A DNA stretch of 64,000 bases, taken from NCBI GenBank assembly GCA_964001175.1, contig CAXFAS010000002.1, forward strand, positions 66,780 through 130,779. The letters run 5' to 3'. Below, piece by piece: positions 28,225 through 37,449 of this stretch. This stretch comes from an uncultured euryarchaeote. Its GTDB lineage: Archaea; Thermoplasmatota; Poseidoniia; Poseidoniales; Poseidoniaceae. The position numbers and the translations under genes are program-made. The notes beneath the pieces are model-generated. The model did no database searches and was not told the DNA's origin. It was given only the letters and a program-made list of their open reading frames with translations. Position 1 is the stretch's first letter. Each line of letters starts with the position of its first letter.

Positions 28225-31200
28225 ATGAGCAAGCGACTTGTTTCAACTATTATTGTTTCTTTTCTGATTGTTTGTTCCCCTCTTCTAGCATCCGCACAAA
28301 TTACTACAGCCGATGAACCTCAAATCAATGTCCTATGGATTCTAGATGATAGCGGAAATAATGCACATGCTTACAGAGTCACATTTTCTGATAATGCCTC
28401 TTATGAAGTCGATATTGAAATCGATCAAATTAGAAATGGCTCACAAATACCTACATACTTTCAACAGGAATGGAAGAGTATTGATTCAAATCGAGTAGTA
28501 GATATTTATGTTAATACAACTCTACTGTTGGGTGACGAAGTACATATTACAGTTCAAATCAATAGCGTTGACGGACAAATTATTGTCCCAGTAATCGGTG
28601 AAAGAGAAATTACTATCGGAACATGGAATCAACCTATGGATGACCATGAAATCATGTTATCTACGGTATGGGATTTAGACCAAGCCTATGACAATGATGA
28701 CGGTAATCAAGGGTTCTTCTTAGATTTTGAAGGTCAAGGCTGGCAAAAAAGAGAAGGGAATATTGTAAACTCATGGGAACTCGGGAATGGTTCTTTAATT
28801 ACTCTAGAATCCACCAATGGTTCGACAAATAATCTTTCACTTATTCTTGATTCGATTTGGAAAAATGAGACCATAGTTGGAGGGGTACTGACCACTCAAA
28901 TATTTGATGCAAGAGGGCATGGATTGCTAAGCTTAGTAGATGATGATGGAGAAACACAAACACATATTTTGGCTAATGTTTCTGATGCTTGGCTGAATCG
29001 TTCTATGGTTGGAGAGAGTATTTCAGAACGTCTAAGACTTGAGGCAACTGGTATTCTTAATGTTTCATCTATTGAGCAGTCGAATGAATCTTCGACAAAT
29101 ATTGATGGTGAAGTGAGTGTATTTTATCTTGAAACATGGGACGAGGACGGAGTCAGAAGACTACAGGATCAGCAATTTGAAGCATTGGCCGATTTAGTAA
29201 TCATTGAAGAAGGAACTAGATTAGATATCTCATTAGACGGTCTAACCTCATCAGAACGGTGGGAAGATGGTATTCGCACTTTGCATAAAGAGGAATTAAT
29301 TGGTAGTGGAACATTTGGATTTGAAGAACAAGACAACGAATCATCGGTAATGATTAACGGAACAATTTATGATTTCCATTCACTGATTGAAGATGGGTTG
29401 ACTAAAATCGATAATTTACATGTTGATGGTGATATCGCCGGAGACGTTCAAGGTTCATTTGGAATAGTTAGGTACATTGAGGAAACGGGTAATCAAGCAA
29501 ATGCTAGTGGTGAAGTTTTCTTAGTCAATGTCATTCATCAAGAAAGTTGGTTTAATCTGACTGGTGTCAATGGAGGAAATTTCTTTGACGGTGCTGGAAT
29601 AGGTGCTAATCATAATGAATCGTGGGATTATCAAGTAGTACAATCGGAATGGGATAATCGTACTGTTAGATTAGTTTGGGAAGAAACTGGCGCAGACGCA
29701 TCTAGCGGCGATGAATTACCCGAGAGAAGCCCAATTAGGATAGACGCGACTGCTCCTGAAGCGGAAGAAGGTTTAGGAAATATTACAATATCTAGAGAAA
29801 CAGGATTAATGCCTATTCCTATGATTCCAGGAGACAATATTAGGCTCAACGGCCAAGAAGGATTGGTACTAGTTGTTGAAGCAGAATCCCTTTCTAATGA
29901 CCCGAGAGATGGTCATAATTTCCATGTTGTCACTTGGACGGGGATCTACGAGGGTACTAGTGGAGGATATGCCTCTGGTGCAATAATTGACCAAGGTCCA
30001 CTCAAAGGTTTAATTTCAAGTGTAATTAGGACTCTAGAAATTCCGTTTGGAGAAGAAAATGAAACTGCATACCTTAACGAAACCCAGTTACTTGAGAGAG
30101 TCCTATCTCCTTCAGTAGTCACAATCGAGGAGAATTCTGCTCCGCAAATAGGAGAGATTTTCTTACAACAAGGAATAGTAATTGGAGAAGGTGGAAGCAG
30201 TTCATTATTAGTTGCAAATATTACTGATGTTGACTGGAATATTGACGATGTTGTAGCCGACTTAACACCTATCGGTGGAGGGTTAGTTGAGATGAATGAC
30301 AGAGGGTTAGATGGAGATCAGTCGGTTGGAGACGATATTTACTCAACGATAATTTTAGTTCCAGGATTGGAAATCGGTATTATTGAAATTACTATCACTG
30401 CTACCGATAAATTTGGTGTAACCTCACAAGGTGTTGGAGAAATAGAAGTAGTAAACCAAGCACCCCGATTAACTTCCGTTGAAATATTACCCAACGTCGG
30501 ATATCGAGGGACAGTATTGGTTGTAAATGCTGAAGCGTATGATGGTCATGGTGTCAGCAATATTAGTATCGATTTACGAAACTATGGCGGTGATTTAGTT
30601 CCATTAATTGATAATTCAGGGGTATGGGCTGGACAAATTTCAATACCTCAAGGTATGCCTCCAGGCTATCAATTCATTGAATTTATCTTAGAAGATGGAG
30701 TTGGAAAAATTGGGACATCAAGTGTTTGGTATCAAGATCAACCTAACAGTCTAGACCCAAGAGGTCCACATTACATTTCAGATGAGATTTCAGTGCCTGT
30801 GGAGATAAGAGTTCTGAATTCTGCACCCGAAATCACGGTTCCTGAAAATAAAATAATTTCTAGATCCGAATCAGTAACGACTGAAATATTAGAAATCCAA
30901 ATATTTGACGCGGATGGAGTTTTAAACGCAAGAGCAGATTTAGGAGTTTTTGCTCCTCTTGGTAATGATGGAGTTTGGACTACGATGTATGATGATGGAA
31001 CCAATGGCGATAGAGTAGCCAACGATGGTAATTTTTCCGTACAACTATCTGTCCGAAGTAGCACTCCACTTGGAACTCATGAAGTTCTAGTTCAAGCAGC
31101 TGATAATTACGATGTTGTAACCTCTCAAGTCCCAATTTCGATTACTGTTGAAGATCAAACCTCTATAGTCCCGGGACTTGAAGATGCTTCATTATCTACT

Positions 31201-31317
31201 GAAATGCTTTTAGGAATATTTGGAATTTTAGTAATTGCAATCATTGTAGTAAGTGCCATGTTGCTTAGAAACAAGGATGATGATGATTTAGGTGGAGACC
31301 GTTTCGGATTTGAATAA
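28225..31317 (+). CDS. large secreted, C-terminally anchored surface protein (1030 aa) with three tandem cadherin/Ig-like repeats
   Basis: Signal peptide ...CSPLLASA|QI. Repeats each begin N-S/Q-A-P (NSAPQI, NQAPRL, NSAPEI) and carry DxxGDxxxxDxxYS-type motifs. C-terminal TM LLGIFGILVIAIIVVSAMLL plus a charged tail. Confidence 0.75.
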   Translation: MSKRLVSTIIVSFLIVCSPLLASAQITTADEPQINVLWILDDSGNNAHAYRVTFSDNASYEVDIEIDQIRNGSQIPTYFQQEWKSIDSNRVVDIYVNTTLLLGDEVHITVQINSVDGQIIVPVIGEREITIGTWNQPMDDHEIMLSTVWDLDQAYDNDDGNQGFFLDFEGQGWQKREGNIVNSWELGNGSLITLESTNGSTNNLSLILDSIWKNETIVGGVLTTQIFDARGHGLLSLVDDDGETQTHILANVSDAWLNRSMVGESISERLRLEATGILNVSSIEQSNESSTNIDGEVSVFYLETWDEDGVRRLQDQQFEALADLVIIEEGTRLDISLDGLTSSERWEDGIRTLHKEELIGSGTFGFEEQDNESSVMINGTIYDFHSLIEDGLTKIDNLHVDGDIAGDVQGSFGIVRYIEETGNQANASGEVFLVNVIHQESWFNLTGVNGGNFFDGAGIGANHNESWDYQVVQSEWDNRTVRLVWEETGADASSGDELPERSPIRIDATAPEAEEGLGNITISRETGLMPIPMIPGDNIRLNGQEGLVLVVEAESLSNDPRDGHNFHVVTWTGIYEGTSGGYASGAIIDQGPLKGLISSVIRTLEIPFGEENETAYLNETQLLERVLSPSVVTIEENSAPQIGEIFLQQGIVIGEGGSSSLLVANITDVDWNIDDVVADLTPIGGGLVEMNDRGLDGDQSVGDDIYSTIILVPGLEIGIIEITITATDKFGVTSQGVGEIEVVNQAPRLTSVEILPNVGYRGTVLVVNAEAYDGHGVSNISIDLRNYGGDLVPLIDNSGVWAGQISIPQGMPPGYQFIEFILEDGVGKIGTSSVWYQDQPNSLDPRGPHYISDEISVPVEIRVLNSAPEITVPENKIISRSESVTTEILEIQIFDADGVLNARADLGVFAPLGNDGVWTTMYDDGTNGDRVANDGNFSVQLSVRSSTPLGTHEVLVQAADNYDVVTSQVPISITVEDQTSIVPGLEDASLSTEMLLGIFGILVIAIIVVSAMLLRNKDDDDLGGDRFGFE

Positions 31318-31336
31318 TTTCTTCAAGCGATAACGG

Positions 31337-31342
31337 TTTATA
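31337..31342 (+). promoter_or_regulatory. candidate archaeal TATA box for the tRNA gene
   Basis: TTTATA ends 28 nt upstream of tRNA position 1, the expected spacing for an archaeal TATA box. Confidence 0.4.
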
Positions 31343-31369
31343 CCTCCGTTCAGTGGGCGAGTTACATCT

Positions 31370-31444
31370 GCGAGCGTAGTGTAGTGGTTATCACCGGGCG
31401 TTGCCAACGCCTGAACCCGGGTTCGAGTCCCGGCGCTCGCACCA
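31370..31444 (+). tRNA. tRNA-Gly (anticodon GCC) with genomically encoded CCA
   Basis: Acceptor GCGAGCG/CGCTCGC. Anticodon arm GGGCG-TTGCCAA-CGCCT. T-arm CCGGG-TTCGAGT-CCCGG. Discriminator A followed by CCA. Confidence 0.9.
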
Positions 31445-31508
31445 AATTGATAGTAAGACAAATGGTAACCTTTAACGCCTGTCAGACTATGGCTAATTAG
31501 GGCTCGAT

Positions 31509-31832
31509 ATGACTGAACGACGAACAATTTTTGTTGGCAAGAAACCACTCCATGCATATGTGCGTGCAGTAGTAATGGCTATGGAAGCTGGAGATAGAAA
31601 CTTACAACTTGTAGCTAGGGGGGCAACTATCGGAAGAGCGGTAGATGTTGCCGAAGTTTGTAGAAGAAGGAGTGGATTTATTGCTCAAGGTTTACCTGAA
31701 GAAGTGGTGATTAAAGGCATAACCTGTGGCTCTGAAGTATTACCTACAGACGAAGGTAGAGAACGTACGGTAAGCGTCCTTCATATTGAGCTAGATGGAA
31801 TAGGTGAAATTCCTGTTCAAGAAGAAGAATGA
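31509..31832 (+). CDS. albA: Alba family DNA/RNA-binding protein
   Basis: IFVGKKPLHAYVRAVVMAM...LQLVARGATIGRAVDVAEV is a canonical Alba core. 107 aa. Confidence 0.9.
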   Translation: MTERRTIFVGKKPLHAYVRAVVMAMEAGDRNLQLVARGATIGRAVDVAEVCRRRSGFIAQGLPEEVVIKGITCGSEVLPTDEGRERTVSVLHIELDGIGEIPVQEEE

Positions 31833-32191
31833 TTGGCGAGAGATTTAATCCTCTTTTCAATTTCATTTGCTGTTTCTTCATAAACTGATAATTCATGCCC
31901 GACAGGGTCATCTAATCCCCAGTCTTGGTCAATTTTCATTGCTGGGCAATGAACTCCACAGCCCATTGAGATGACCATGTCATAATCGTCAGGAGAAAAT
32001 AAATCGACGCTCTTAGGTTTCATTCCATCGGTAGAGATTCCTTTCGAATTTAATACGATTTCAGCATTTACGGCAATATTCTTTGCTGGATGCGTCCCTG
32101 CTGAGTCCGCTTCATGGCCCATGGAACGGGCAATACCTTCAGCCATTTGTGAACGACAAGAATTTCCAACACAAACAAAGAGAAGTCGCAT
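31817..32191 (-). CDS. arsC: arsenate reductase / low-molecular-weight phosphotyrosine phosphatase family (ArsC, LMWP type)
   Basis: MRLLFVCVGNSCRSQMAEG (CX5R P-loop), GCGVHCP cysteine pair, WGLDDP. The ATG at 32191 is preferred over the upstream TTG at 32209. Confidence 0.8.
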   Translation of the reverse strand: MRLLFVCVGNSCRSQMAEGIARSMGHEADSAGTHPAKNIAVNAEIVLNSKGISTDGMKPKSVDLFSPDDYDMVISMGCGVHCPAMKIDQDWGLDDPVGHELSVYEETANEIEKRIKSLANHSSS

Positions 32192-32233
32192 GGTATTACT
32201 ACCTATCAAAGATATATAATTAATTTCTATATA

Positions 32234-32647
32234 TTGAATCTCAAATATTTTCTAGACCTATTATCTCGGACTGATATGAGAGGAATTCTAACAATCCAAC
32301 TGCTAAAAGGCAGTCTTGTATATTTTCTTCTTTATGCCTTATTATTTGCCTTACACATTGTATTTGCAGCCAATGATTATGAGATATTATTTAGATTGGT
32401 AGCAATTACTATCACTATAATCACTTTCTTTGTTGGAATTATGATTATTTATTTTGGAAATATTTTATCAAACAGAGTCACAGTAAACAGGTATTCTTGC
32501 GTAATATCCATTTTATTATCAATTGGACTAGGTTGGGCTTATTCAGAAATGAGTTGGACATTACAGATTATTTACTGGCCATTGGTGGCAATTTTTTGCC
32601 ATCTTTTAGTTGAAAGATTTTGGTTGGCAAAGCATGATTTGAAGTAG
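32234..32647 (+). CDS. small polytopic membrane protein, hypothetical
   Basis: About 4 TM helices. Start uncertain (TTG at 32234, ATG at 32279). Confidence 0.45.
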   Translation: MNLKYFLDLLSRTDMRGILTIQLLKGSLVYFLLYALLFALHIVFAANDYEILFRLVAITITIITFFVGIMIIYFGNILSNRVTVNRYSCVISILLSIGLGWAYSEMSWTLQIIYWPLVAIFCHLLVERFWLAKHDLK

Positions 32648-32667
32648 GTCTCTTATGTCTTATTACC

Positions 32668-33678
32668 ATGGCGGAATCACCGTTGTCAGTTCATGACCCT
32701 AATTCAGAGGCTGTTGCAGACCAAAAAGCATCTCCTCAACAGCAGAAACAGATGGAGCAGGCATATGCACAGATGAAAAGAAAAATGTCTATGCAGGAAA
32801 TTGGTAGAAAAATAAAACATAAGATCATGGTTTTATCTGGTAAAGGCGGAGTGGGAAAGTCTACAGTTTCAACAGGACTCGCACTATCTCTAGCACAAAG
32901 AGGACATTCAGTTGGAATTTTAGATATAGACATAACCGGCCCTAATGTCCCTAAAATGATGGGTCTCGATGGTAGAAGATTACATGTTGAGGAAGGTCGA
33001 ATTCATCCTGCACAAGGACATCTAGGCGTGAAAGTTATCTCAATGGCATTTTTACTTGAGGATGAAGATACTCCTGTTGTTTGGCGTGGGCCTATCAAAC
33101 TAGGTGCAATTCAACAATTCATTGGTGATGTCGAATGGGGGCAATTGGATTATCTAATCATTGACTTCCCTCCTGGGACGTCAGATGAACCTCTAACAGT
33201 TGCTCAATCATTACCTGATATAGATGGTATGGTAATTGTTACTACACCTCAAGACGTTGCTCTTTTAGATAGTAGAAAGTCGATTACTTTCTCGGAATCT
33301 TTGAAAGTTCCAGTTCTTGGTGTTGTAGAAAATATGAGCGGATATACCATAAGAGGAAATGGGCCTTCAAATTCCGAAGTGACAATATCGGGCCCAGGCG
33401 GTAAATCGCATAGCGCCACAACTGATGATGATGGAAACTTCAGTGTGATATTAGATATTTTCAAGCAGGGTGGAGGTAAATCCACCGCCGAAGAATTTGG
33501 AGTCCCATTCTTAGGAGCATTACCATTTGACCCAGGATTTGTTAGAGGTAGCGATGATGGAGTTCATCGTATTGTTAGCGAGCCTGATGGAGAATCAGCA
33601 ATTGCTTTTTCTAAGGTTGTAGATTCAATTATTGATCAAATCGGTAATTCTACAAGTTCCGGATTAGAGATTATTTGA
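32668..33678 (+). CDS. Mrp/NBP35/ApbC-family P-loop ATPase, cysteine-free variant
   Basis: VLSGKGGVGKST deviant Walker A, IIDFPPGTSDE, VVENMSG. The usual CxxC segment after ENMS is replaced by a Cys-free insert, and there are no Cys residues in the whole ORF. Confidence 0.85.
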   Translation: MAESPLSVHDPNSEAVADQKASPQQQKQMEQAYAQMKRKMSMQEIGRKIKHKIMVLSGKGGVGKSTVSTGLALSLAQRGHSVGILDIDITGPNVPKMMGLDGRRLHVEEGRIHPAQGHLGVKVISMAFLLEDEDTPVVWRGPIKLGAIQQFIGDVEWGQLDYLIIDFPPGTSDEPLTVAQSLPDIDGMVIVTTPQDVALLDSRKSITFSESLKVPVLGVVENMSGYTIRGNGPSNSEVTISGPGGKSHSATTDDDGNFSVILDIFKQGGGKSTAEEFGVPFLGALPFDPGFVRGSDDGVHRIVSEPDGESAIAFSKVVDSIIDQIGNSTSSGLEII

Positions 33679-33686
33679 GTGATTAC

Positions 33687-34040
33687 ATGTCCGATAATCC
33701 ACCTGAATTGATTAGACTTGAAAGAAGAGATTTAGATATGTTACTAACATATCAATCTGGAGAAGAATTCACAGTAACATATGATGACATTAGGTATTCT
33801 TGTCCTTGTGCGAAATGCTCTCCTCTTAGAAATGAAGATGAATCTAGTATGTCTCTTAGGAGGCAAATAGAAGCATTATCGCCAGAAAAGCCAAAGGTCA
33901 AAACAGTAGGCAAATACGCTCTTTCGTTTGAATGGGTTTCTGGCTGTTCTAGTGGCATTTATCGATTTGAAAGAATTTGGGCTCTAGCAAATAATCAAGA
34001 CCCCGATGATGGAAGAGCCTATGTGCATGGAGTATGGTAG
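33687..34040 (+). CDS. DUF971 (gamma-butyrobetaine hydroxylase N-terminal-like) small Cys-rich protein
   Basis: IRYSCPCAKCSP and GKYALSFEWVSGCSSGIYRF match the DUF971 pattern. An in-frame TTG at 33675 overlaps the Mrp stop (33676-33678). Confidence 0.7.
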   Translation: MSDNPPELIRLERRDLDMLLTYQSGEEFTVTYDDIRYSCPCAKCSPLRNEDESSMSLRRQIEALSPEKPKVKTVGKYALSFEWVSGCSSGIYRFERIWALANNQDPDDGRAYVHGVW

Positions 34041-34119
34041 CGAAATATCGCATTTTGTGTGAATATTTATGCGAGGGTTTGATGTATAATCATTATGCCG
34101 TAAACATGGAGGACATTCC

Positions 34120-36195
34120 ATGGATGGCATCTATCTCACTTGGATGATTAGTGCTTTAGCATTAGGTGTAATCCTTCTTCCAGTTTTTAAGCCACCTTGG
34201 ATGGAATTAAAATTAACGACCTTTGTTGATTTTTTCCGTAGATACTGGATTCATATCCTTATGCTATTTATGATTTATAATGCTAAAGACGGATTAGACC
34301 AAGTTGATCGAATCCTGATGGCAAATACAGGTCTAGATATGACGCCATGGATCTATGCTGTTGAAGGAGATTTAGTTTTACATCTTCAGCAATTCTTTGA
34401 AGCAGAATGGTTAACAACTCTTCTAACACATTTTTATGTTGCAGGTTTTATGTTCATATGTTATGTGTCTGTATTTTACTTTGCATATTTTGATGATAGA
34501 TGGATCTCTGATAGAGTGACACTAACTATCGCATGGGTCTATATTTTTGCAATTCCATTTTACCTATTCTTCAATGTTAGAGTTACAGGCGATTACATAC
34601 CTGAAATGGACACACTTGCCTATTCTTTAAATCCAGAAATTGCTGATTGGTTTAGAAGAATTGACCCATTTACTAATTGTATGCCTTCATTACATATTGG
34701 CGTACCTTTTTCAGTTTGGCTTTGTCTAAAGAGGTTTGATGAAGATGATAGATGGTCTTTGTATCGAAAAATAGTATTAGGATATACAATCTTGACTTGT
34801 TTCACAATTATATATCTCGGAATTCATTGGATTTTAGATATCATTGGTGGAATGTTAGTTGCTTCTGCTGCTGTCTCAATGGCAGAGAGGACTTCTACTT
34901 CATGGTGGAAAATTTTTGATGAAAGAACCATTAATTCTAGATTAGTTACAGTTTTAACCAACCCTAAGAAAGCGTTTTCCATAATTTCAAGCAAACTAAC
35001 TAAATTAGTTAAGACCTTCATTAAGCCTAAGGCCAAACAAACCGGAATACTTGCCATAGCTTTGATGATATTGGTGGTATCGGTCATCACTTGGGATTTG
35101 ACACATCAATCTCTTTCAGCAAGCGGCGCTGAAGCGCCTGAAGGGGCTTCTGCAGCAGATGGTTGGCTAGTTACTTTAGACAATAGAAGCGAACTTGGGG
35201 CCTTAATTTTAGTTCAAGATATCTCAAAAGTGGGTGAAGATGCTATTCAAGTAATTCAACCGTTAATGAATTTCAATTCCTCATATTCACTTGAAAGTTC
35301 AAACTTAGTAATGGCTAATGATACAGTTTTATTTGTTGTAGATGTCAATTATCCCGACCAAATTTTACTTGAATACCCGGTAAATAATCCTGAACAAGTT
35401 TTGATTACCTCAACCAACGATGAAGATGTTATTTTGATTCTATCTGGTGGAGAAATTTCTGCAATTTCATTGAGTGGTGAGGAAATCCAACTCGGAATTA
35501 CAGATCAAGATATCTCATTAATTTCTACTAATGGCTTAGAATATGCATACATAACACAGTCCAGTCAGACTTCGATAAATATTGGAAGAATTGGAACTTT
35601 AGGTTCTATTGCATATGAAATGAATGCAACTGCACCCGAAGAGCAAGATGAAGTATTGGAACAGTGGGGTACTCCTGTCGATATGATTAATGCTTCAATA
35701 ACACAGATTGAGTTTGATACATCGTACATAGTTTCGACAATTAATGTTAGTAGTGTGGATAGAATAGTTATTCTTGAAAGGACTTCAAATGAGCAATGGA
35801 TTGTTGGTGATGGGAAATATTCGGCTGTAGATCCTTCTCTTTCTAACGGAATACTTGCATGGTCTGGTTATGATCACCTTAATCCAACATTGCCTTTAGA
35901 TGAATATCTTGACGGAGAAATTTACTATTTGAATCTCACAACCAATTATACTCATACTCTAACATCTGATAAAATTAATCAGTGGGGGCCAATAGTTCTA
36001 GAAAATCACTTGGTATACTTTGAAGAAAGCGGAGATAGTTCTGTGATTAAGATACACTCTTGGACTCCAGAATTGAAAACATATTCCAATATTTTACTTC
36101 AAATAGGCTCTGTATTGGGTATTATCCTTGTATTTGTTCATCTCTCTCAAAGGCAACATGAGGCCAAAAAAGAACGTAGAGGAGAGGAAGAATGA
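34120..36195 (+). CDS. PAP2_3 / inositolphosphotransferase (Aur1-Ipt1)-like membrane enzyme fused to a ~350-aa extracellular domain and a terminal TM
   Basis: NCMPSLHIGVPF and IHWILDIIGGML resemble the PAP2_3 catalytic His/Asp motifs. Followed by a TM, a Ser/Thr/Asn-rich beta-type domain and a last TM. Confidence 0.55.
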   Translation: MDGIYLTWMISALALGVILLPVFKPPWMELKLTTFVDFFRRYWIHILMLFMIYNAKDGLDQVDRILMANTGLDMTPWIYAVEGDLVLHLQQFFEAEWLTTLLTHFYVAGFMFICYVSVFYFAYFDDRWISDRVTLTIAWVYIFAIPFYLFFNVRVTGDYIPEMDTLAYSLNPEIADWFRRIDPFTNCMPSLHIGVPFSVWLCLKRFDEDDRWSLYRKIVLGYTILTCFTIIYLGIHWILDIIGGMLVASAAVSMAERTSTSWWKIFDERTINSRLVTVLTNPKKAFSIISSKLTKLVKTFIKPKAKQTGILAIALMILVVSVITWDLTHQSLSASGAEAPEGASAADGWLVTLDNRSELGALILVQDISKVGEDAIQVIQPLMNFNSSYSLESSNLVMANDTVLFVVDVNYPDQILLEYPVNNPEQVLITSTNDEDVILILSGGEISAISLSGEEIQLGITDQDISLISTNGLEYAYITQSSQTSINIGRIGTLGSIAYEMNATAPEEQDEVLEQWGTPVDMINASITQIEFDTSYIVSTINVSSVDRIVILERTSNEQWIVGDGKYSAVDPSLSNGILAWSGYDHLNPTLPLDEYLDGEIYYLNLTTNYTHTLTSDKINQWGPIVLENHLVYFEESGDSSVIKIHSWTPELKTYSNILLQIGSVLGIILVFVHLSQRQHEAKKERRGEEE

Positions 36196-36197
36196 TT

Positions 36198-37373
36198 CTA
36201 TTTCTTTATGCTAAGCATTCTTTCAAGAGCGAGTAATGAACCTTTTTGGACATCTTCTGTAACTTTAATCTGATTTGGAATTTCACCTTCAGTTATTCTT
36301 TCAAGTACATCCATCAAATAGGCTGGGTGGATCATGTACATAGTTGAACATGGACAAATTTTATCATCCAAACACTCAATTTTTTTATCAGGATGTTCCT
36401 TGGCTAGTCGAGCAACCATATTGATTTCTGTTCCAATTGCAATTGAGGTACCTGGTGCTTGTTGTTGGACAAAATTTCTAATAAATTGTGTTGAACCATT
36501 TGTATCACTTGCGTCAACAGTCTCTCTAGGGCATTCAGGATGAACTACAACTAGACCGTCTGGGTTTTCTAGTCTAAATTGATCAATCTGCTCTACAGTG
36601 AATCTCTTGTGAACTGAGCAAAAACCATGCCATAAAATAAGCCTTGAATCATTTATTTGACGCCATCCTAATTCGTCTTTTTCTTCTCCTGGAGTCCATG
36701 TTGTCATCTTTTCAATCGGTATCCCCATTGCCAAACCAGTATTACGACCTAAGTGTTGGTCAGGGAAAAATAACACTTTACCATTTTTGCCTGCTCTATC
36801 AAATGCCCAATTTAGAATACCTTCAGCGTTGGAAGAAGTGCAAACAATGCCTCCATGTTCTCCAACAAATGCTTTCAATGCGGCACTAGAATTCATATAT
36901 GTAACAGGAATAAGATAATTTTCATTTTCTGGAACCGGAGAGTCTGGATTTTTACGATTTATAGGGTCTTTTAAATCAGAATTTTCGAGGAGTTCATTCC
37001 AACATCTGGTAACATCTGCCAAATTCGCCATATCAGCCATAGAACATCCTGCTCGAAGGTTCGGTAAAATTACAACTTGGTCATCATCAGTTAAGATATC
37101 CGCCGATTCTGCCATGAAGTGCACTCCACAAAATACAATAAATTTAGCAGAAGAATCAGCCGCTTTTTGGCTTAGCATGAAAGAATCTCCTAAAAAATCT
37201 GCATGCATCACTATACTATCTCTTTGATAGTGGTGACCAAGTATTAGCAAATCATCTCCCAGTTGTTGCCTCAATTCAGTTATCCTTTCAGAGATAACTT
37301 CTTCTTCAGGTGACAAGGAGGTATCCATAAAGTCAACCGAGCACATCGGTAATGAAATTGTCATCGCTTTCAA
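36198..37373 (-). CDS. nadA: quinolinate synthase
   Basis: ILGHHYQRD, FCGVHFMAESA, CSMA, VVHPECP and ICPCSTM (Fe-S cysteines). Confidence 0.9.
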   Translation of the reverse strand: MKAMTISLPMCSVDFMDTSLSPEEEVISERITELRQQLGDDLLILGHHYQRDSIVMHADFLGDSFMLSQKAADSSAKFIVFCGVHFMAESADILTDDDQVVILPNLRAGCSMADMANLADVTRCWNELLENSDLKDPINRKNPDSPVPENENYLIPVTYMNSSAALKAFVGEHGGIVCTSSNAEGILNWAFDRAGKNGKVLFFPDQHLGRNTGLAMGIPIEKMTTWTPGEEKDELGWRQINDSRLILWHGFCSVHKRFTVEQIDQFRLENPDGLVVVHPECPRETVDASDTNGSTQFIRNFVQQQAPGTSIAIGTEINMVARLAKEHPDKKIECLDDKICPCSTMYMIHPAYLMDVLERITEGEIPNQIKVTEDVQKGSLLALERMLSIKK

Positions 37374-37449
37374 CTATACCGAAAAAGTAATCCTTTTTCA
37401 ATGATTGTGAATAGGTGATTTTGATAAACTAAAGCATGAAGGGCTCGTT

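Noticed and set aside
31318-31508. tRNA-Gly as an integration site of a mobile element carrying the large surface protein
   Set aside because: I found no integrase/recombinase gene, no direct repeat of the tRNA 3' end by eye, and no compositional break on either side. This was not an exhaustive search.
31288-31557. 89-aa minus-strand ORF
   Set aside because: It runs straight through the tRNA-Gly gene and the Alba start. This is an artefact.
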